A stretch of DNA of 64,000 nucleotides, taken from assembly GCA_964016885.1 (NCBI GenBank), contig OZ024744.1, positions 111,352,001-111,416,000 of the forward strand, read 5' to 3'. Both the position numbers and the translations under genes were made by a program. The notes under the pieces were generated by a model, which saw only the letters and a program-made list of their open reading frames with translations, did no database searches and was not told where the DNA came from. The DNA comes from Eledone cirrhosa. Taxonomy: Eukaryota. Shown piece after piece: positions 61,001-64,000 of the stretch. The first letter of the stretch is position 1; each line of letters begins with the position of its first letter.

Positions 61001-63899
61001 TAGACGGATTAGCACTTTAGTTAAACAGCACTTGACAGGGGCCATTGTCAACAACAGATGGTGGTACTCTCTCAAGAGGGCAGTTAGATTAGACTCATTA
61101 GTTTTTAGTAAAGAATTAGCGTTAGTTAGAAATAGAACCGAGAAAGAACTGGTAGATAAAGTAGAAGAGGCAATTAGAAGTAGCAACGTAGCCAGCGTGC
61201 TAGCAACGAGAACGGCCTTGGACCAGTTCTTCGACGCAAAGCATGAGGGCTGCAAAATACGTGCTCTGGGAAACGAGGGAGCCAAAGCTGTTAGCTGGGT
61301 CCGAGTGATAGAGGCATAAAGTGGCAACAAGTCCACGATTCGGTCTTTGAAGGACCAAAACGGACGCGTGATACGTGAGCCGAAGCAAATGTGTGCGGCC
61401 TTTCAGCGGCACTTTGCTCAGCTGATCGGGCAGGGCGGCGCGCTGGGAGGGGCTATGGATTTCGGTCCATACCTCGACGCCTACCGCGGCTCTCGGACAG
61501 CGAGGCAAAGTTCTGCGAAGAGCCGATTTCAGCCGCTGAGTTAGGGGACGCGCTGAGCCAATGCGGCAAACGCAAATCTCCAGGTCTCGACGGTCTACCC
61601 TACGAATTTTACGTAGCAATGCCGGACTTATTCTCCGGTCTCCTGGAAGCGGTCTACTGCAACTGGCAACAGAACGGGAGAATTCTCAGTTCTGTGACCG
61701 GGGGCGTAGTCACACTAGTCAGGAAGGACGAGAATAAGGGGGATGACATAGGCAACTTCCGGCCCATAACTCTGCTAAACACAGAGTTACAGATTTTGGC
61801 CAAGGTGTTGGCAAAGAGGCTGGCGCTTGTCGTCGAGAACCTGGTGGGAGAAGCGCAGACATGCGCAATCCCGACCAGGTCCATACACAACAACCTCCAT
61901 CTCATGAGATACATCATAGCGAGGGTAGGGTGTAAACCCGGCTTCGGTGGGGCCCTGATCAACTTGGATCAGTCTAAGGCTTTCGATAGGGTTGACCATC
62001 GTTACCTGGATGCGGTGCTCGAGGCGGCAGGCTTCGGACCCGTGTTCAGGGGCTGGATTGCTGCAATGCATAACCAACATCTGCTCAAGGGTTAAGGTGA
62101 ACGGCTACCTCTCGGAGCCGTTCCATATCACGCGATCCATTCGACAGGGATGCCCTCTCTCCTCCCTTCTGTACGTATTGACTCTCGAGCCACTAGTGCG
62201 GAAGTTGGAGCTATTGCAGGACATCCCTCTGGAACCGGGACTGCGGAAAGTGGCGTCGGCCTACGCCGACGACGTGACAGTAATGGTGTCGAGCGTCTCG
62301 CAAATCGAGGAAGTCGGCACCTTACTGAAGGAATACGAAAGGTTCACAGGAGCGAAGCTGAACCGGGAAAAGTCCATCGGTTTGCAACTCGGATTCTGGA
62401 GAGGCAAACCGATGCCTTCCGATGGCGTCGTCGGACGCTGGACGGAAGGACCAGTAAAGCTGCTCGGGGTCTGGTTTGGTCCGGACCTCCAAGTGGAGAA
62501 GAACTGGAACGAGGTGTCGGCCACGTGTTTGCACTCACCCAGAAGTGGGCCGAGTGCAAACTATCCTTGAAAGGTCGAGCCGAGGTGGCGAACACTTTTA
62601 TAGCGTCCGCCATCTACTACCGCTTGACCGTCGGGCCTTGTCCAGCCAAAACGCTCGCCAAAATGGAGCGCGCGCTCTTCCAATTCCTTTGAAAGAGGCG
62701 GGCTCCTTTGGTGAGAAGATCCATCGGCTGCCAACGCCCTTCCAACGGAGTGCTGGGGATGCCGTGGCTGGCGATGCGCAAACACGCGCTCAGGCTGCGG
62801 CATCTCTACGTATTCCTCACCGGACAACCGATGTGGGCCCCGTTCGTGAGGCGAGCCTTCCCACAACTCGTCTCGCTGACCGAGCTGCAGTCCTGGGTCA
62901 AGCAAAGACCGAGGAAAATGGGCGACTGGCACATCGAATGTGCTCAGGCGCTCACAGCCCTCTGGCAGGCGGACCCGGCAATCAGTGGAGACTCTACTTC
63001 GTCATTCTATAGTGGGTTGATCCGCAGCAAGTGCGACGACGCGCTCGGAGAAACTCTAGGCGTAGAGGAAGACGAACTGGCCAGTCTGTTCGGTAGGACC
63101 TTCCGCCCGGGACCGATGGACAACCTCCAAAAGTCCCTGGCCTGGCAGTGCTACTGCGGAGCTCTACCAGTTCGAGATAAGCCCTACAGACATGGGCGCC
63201 CGGGCAGGGACCCTGCAAAAAAGATCTGTCTGAGGTGCGTGCGAGACGAAGAAACCGTCGCGCACGCATTCGTACACTGCCCGGGCGTCACCCACCTGTG
63301 GGGCTATGTAAAACGACTATTGTCGCGGGTGGGACCAATCCGGTTGACCACCGAGTCCATTGTCATGATCAAACCGCCACTCTCCTTCAAAAACGAAGGA
63401 GAGGTGGTTTTCCTTTGTGTGATAGCTATGGCGAAAGAGGTTGTATGGTGGACAAGGTTAAAAGGGCTGAGGTCAGACACCTTTCTCTCCGGCCAACAAC
63501 TGGTTCTTTTTTCAAATACCACTTTGGAAGAAGAATCAGGATGGAGAGAGAGATGCTGTACCTCAGCAAGTTTTATGAAAGGTGGGTGAAAGTGGCGAGA
63601 ATGGCTCGAGTGAATGGGCCTTCTCTCTATATCAGCCTCTAGGTTGAGGAAAAGGAGGAAGAGAGGAAAGGAGTACAAACTCTTCGTACTCCTGGAGATG
63701 AGGGTTGCACATTTTTTTTCGGGGGTATGTGTTACCCATATAAACTGTCTCCCTCTATTGGGGAAAATCGACTAACTTTTTAAATTCCATTTGTGATAAC
63801 ATTTTACACGTTTTTATTGTATGTAAACTTCCCCCTTTGTATTTGTCCCCTTCTTTTGTGCCCCTGTGGCTAATAAAGAAATATATATATCTATCTATC
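58069..63899 (+). mobile_element. Tx1/L1-clade element T8, full length, T5-like
   Basis: ORF1 ~58403-60187 (CYHCLSSGHLKAYC); ORF2 60225-63642, frameshifted; AATAAA at ~63872, then ATCTATCTATC. Confidence 0.93.
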
Positions 63900-63900
63900 G

Positions 63901-63948
<48 letters not shown>

Positions 63949-64000
63949 ATATATATGTTTTAAGGGTAATAATAATAACAATAATAATAATAATAATTAT

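Overview
Eukaryotic, microsatellite-rich, essentially gene-free window made almost entirely of nested transposable elements. A SINE resembling the abundant cephalopod SINE suggests an octopus-like mollusc (inference). 1-18.5 kb is a nest of Penelope-like elements (PLEs): a C-rich Neptune-type copy, a Naiad-type copy with an inverted 5'-truncated twin, and several pLTR remnants. These carry about 12 type-I hammerhead ribozyme motifs of about 5 sequence families; Helitron-like pieces are interspersed. 18.7-20.6 kb is an R4/Dong-like non-LTR fragment. 21.2-63.9 kb is a co-oriented array of 8 Tx1/L1-clade retrotransposons, six joined head-to-tail through (CTAT)n tails. One of them is interrupted by a complete CsRn1-like Gypsy element and a solo LTR. 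Most interesting signal: in all 5 copies that retain the ORF1 end, its stop codon lies inside a consensus splice donor (AG|GTRAGT), and in all 8 copies ORF2 ends in TAG, mostly after a pyrimidine-rich tract. Splicing between these sites would remove ORF2 exactly and fuse ORF1 to a conserved basic peptide hidden in the '3' UTR'. A second small intron-like unit sits in the 5' UTRs. Classifications rest on motif recognition by eye; no database searches were run, and boundaries are approximate unless stated.
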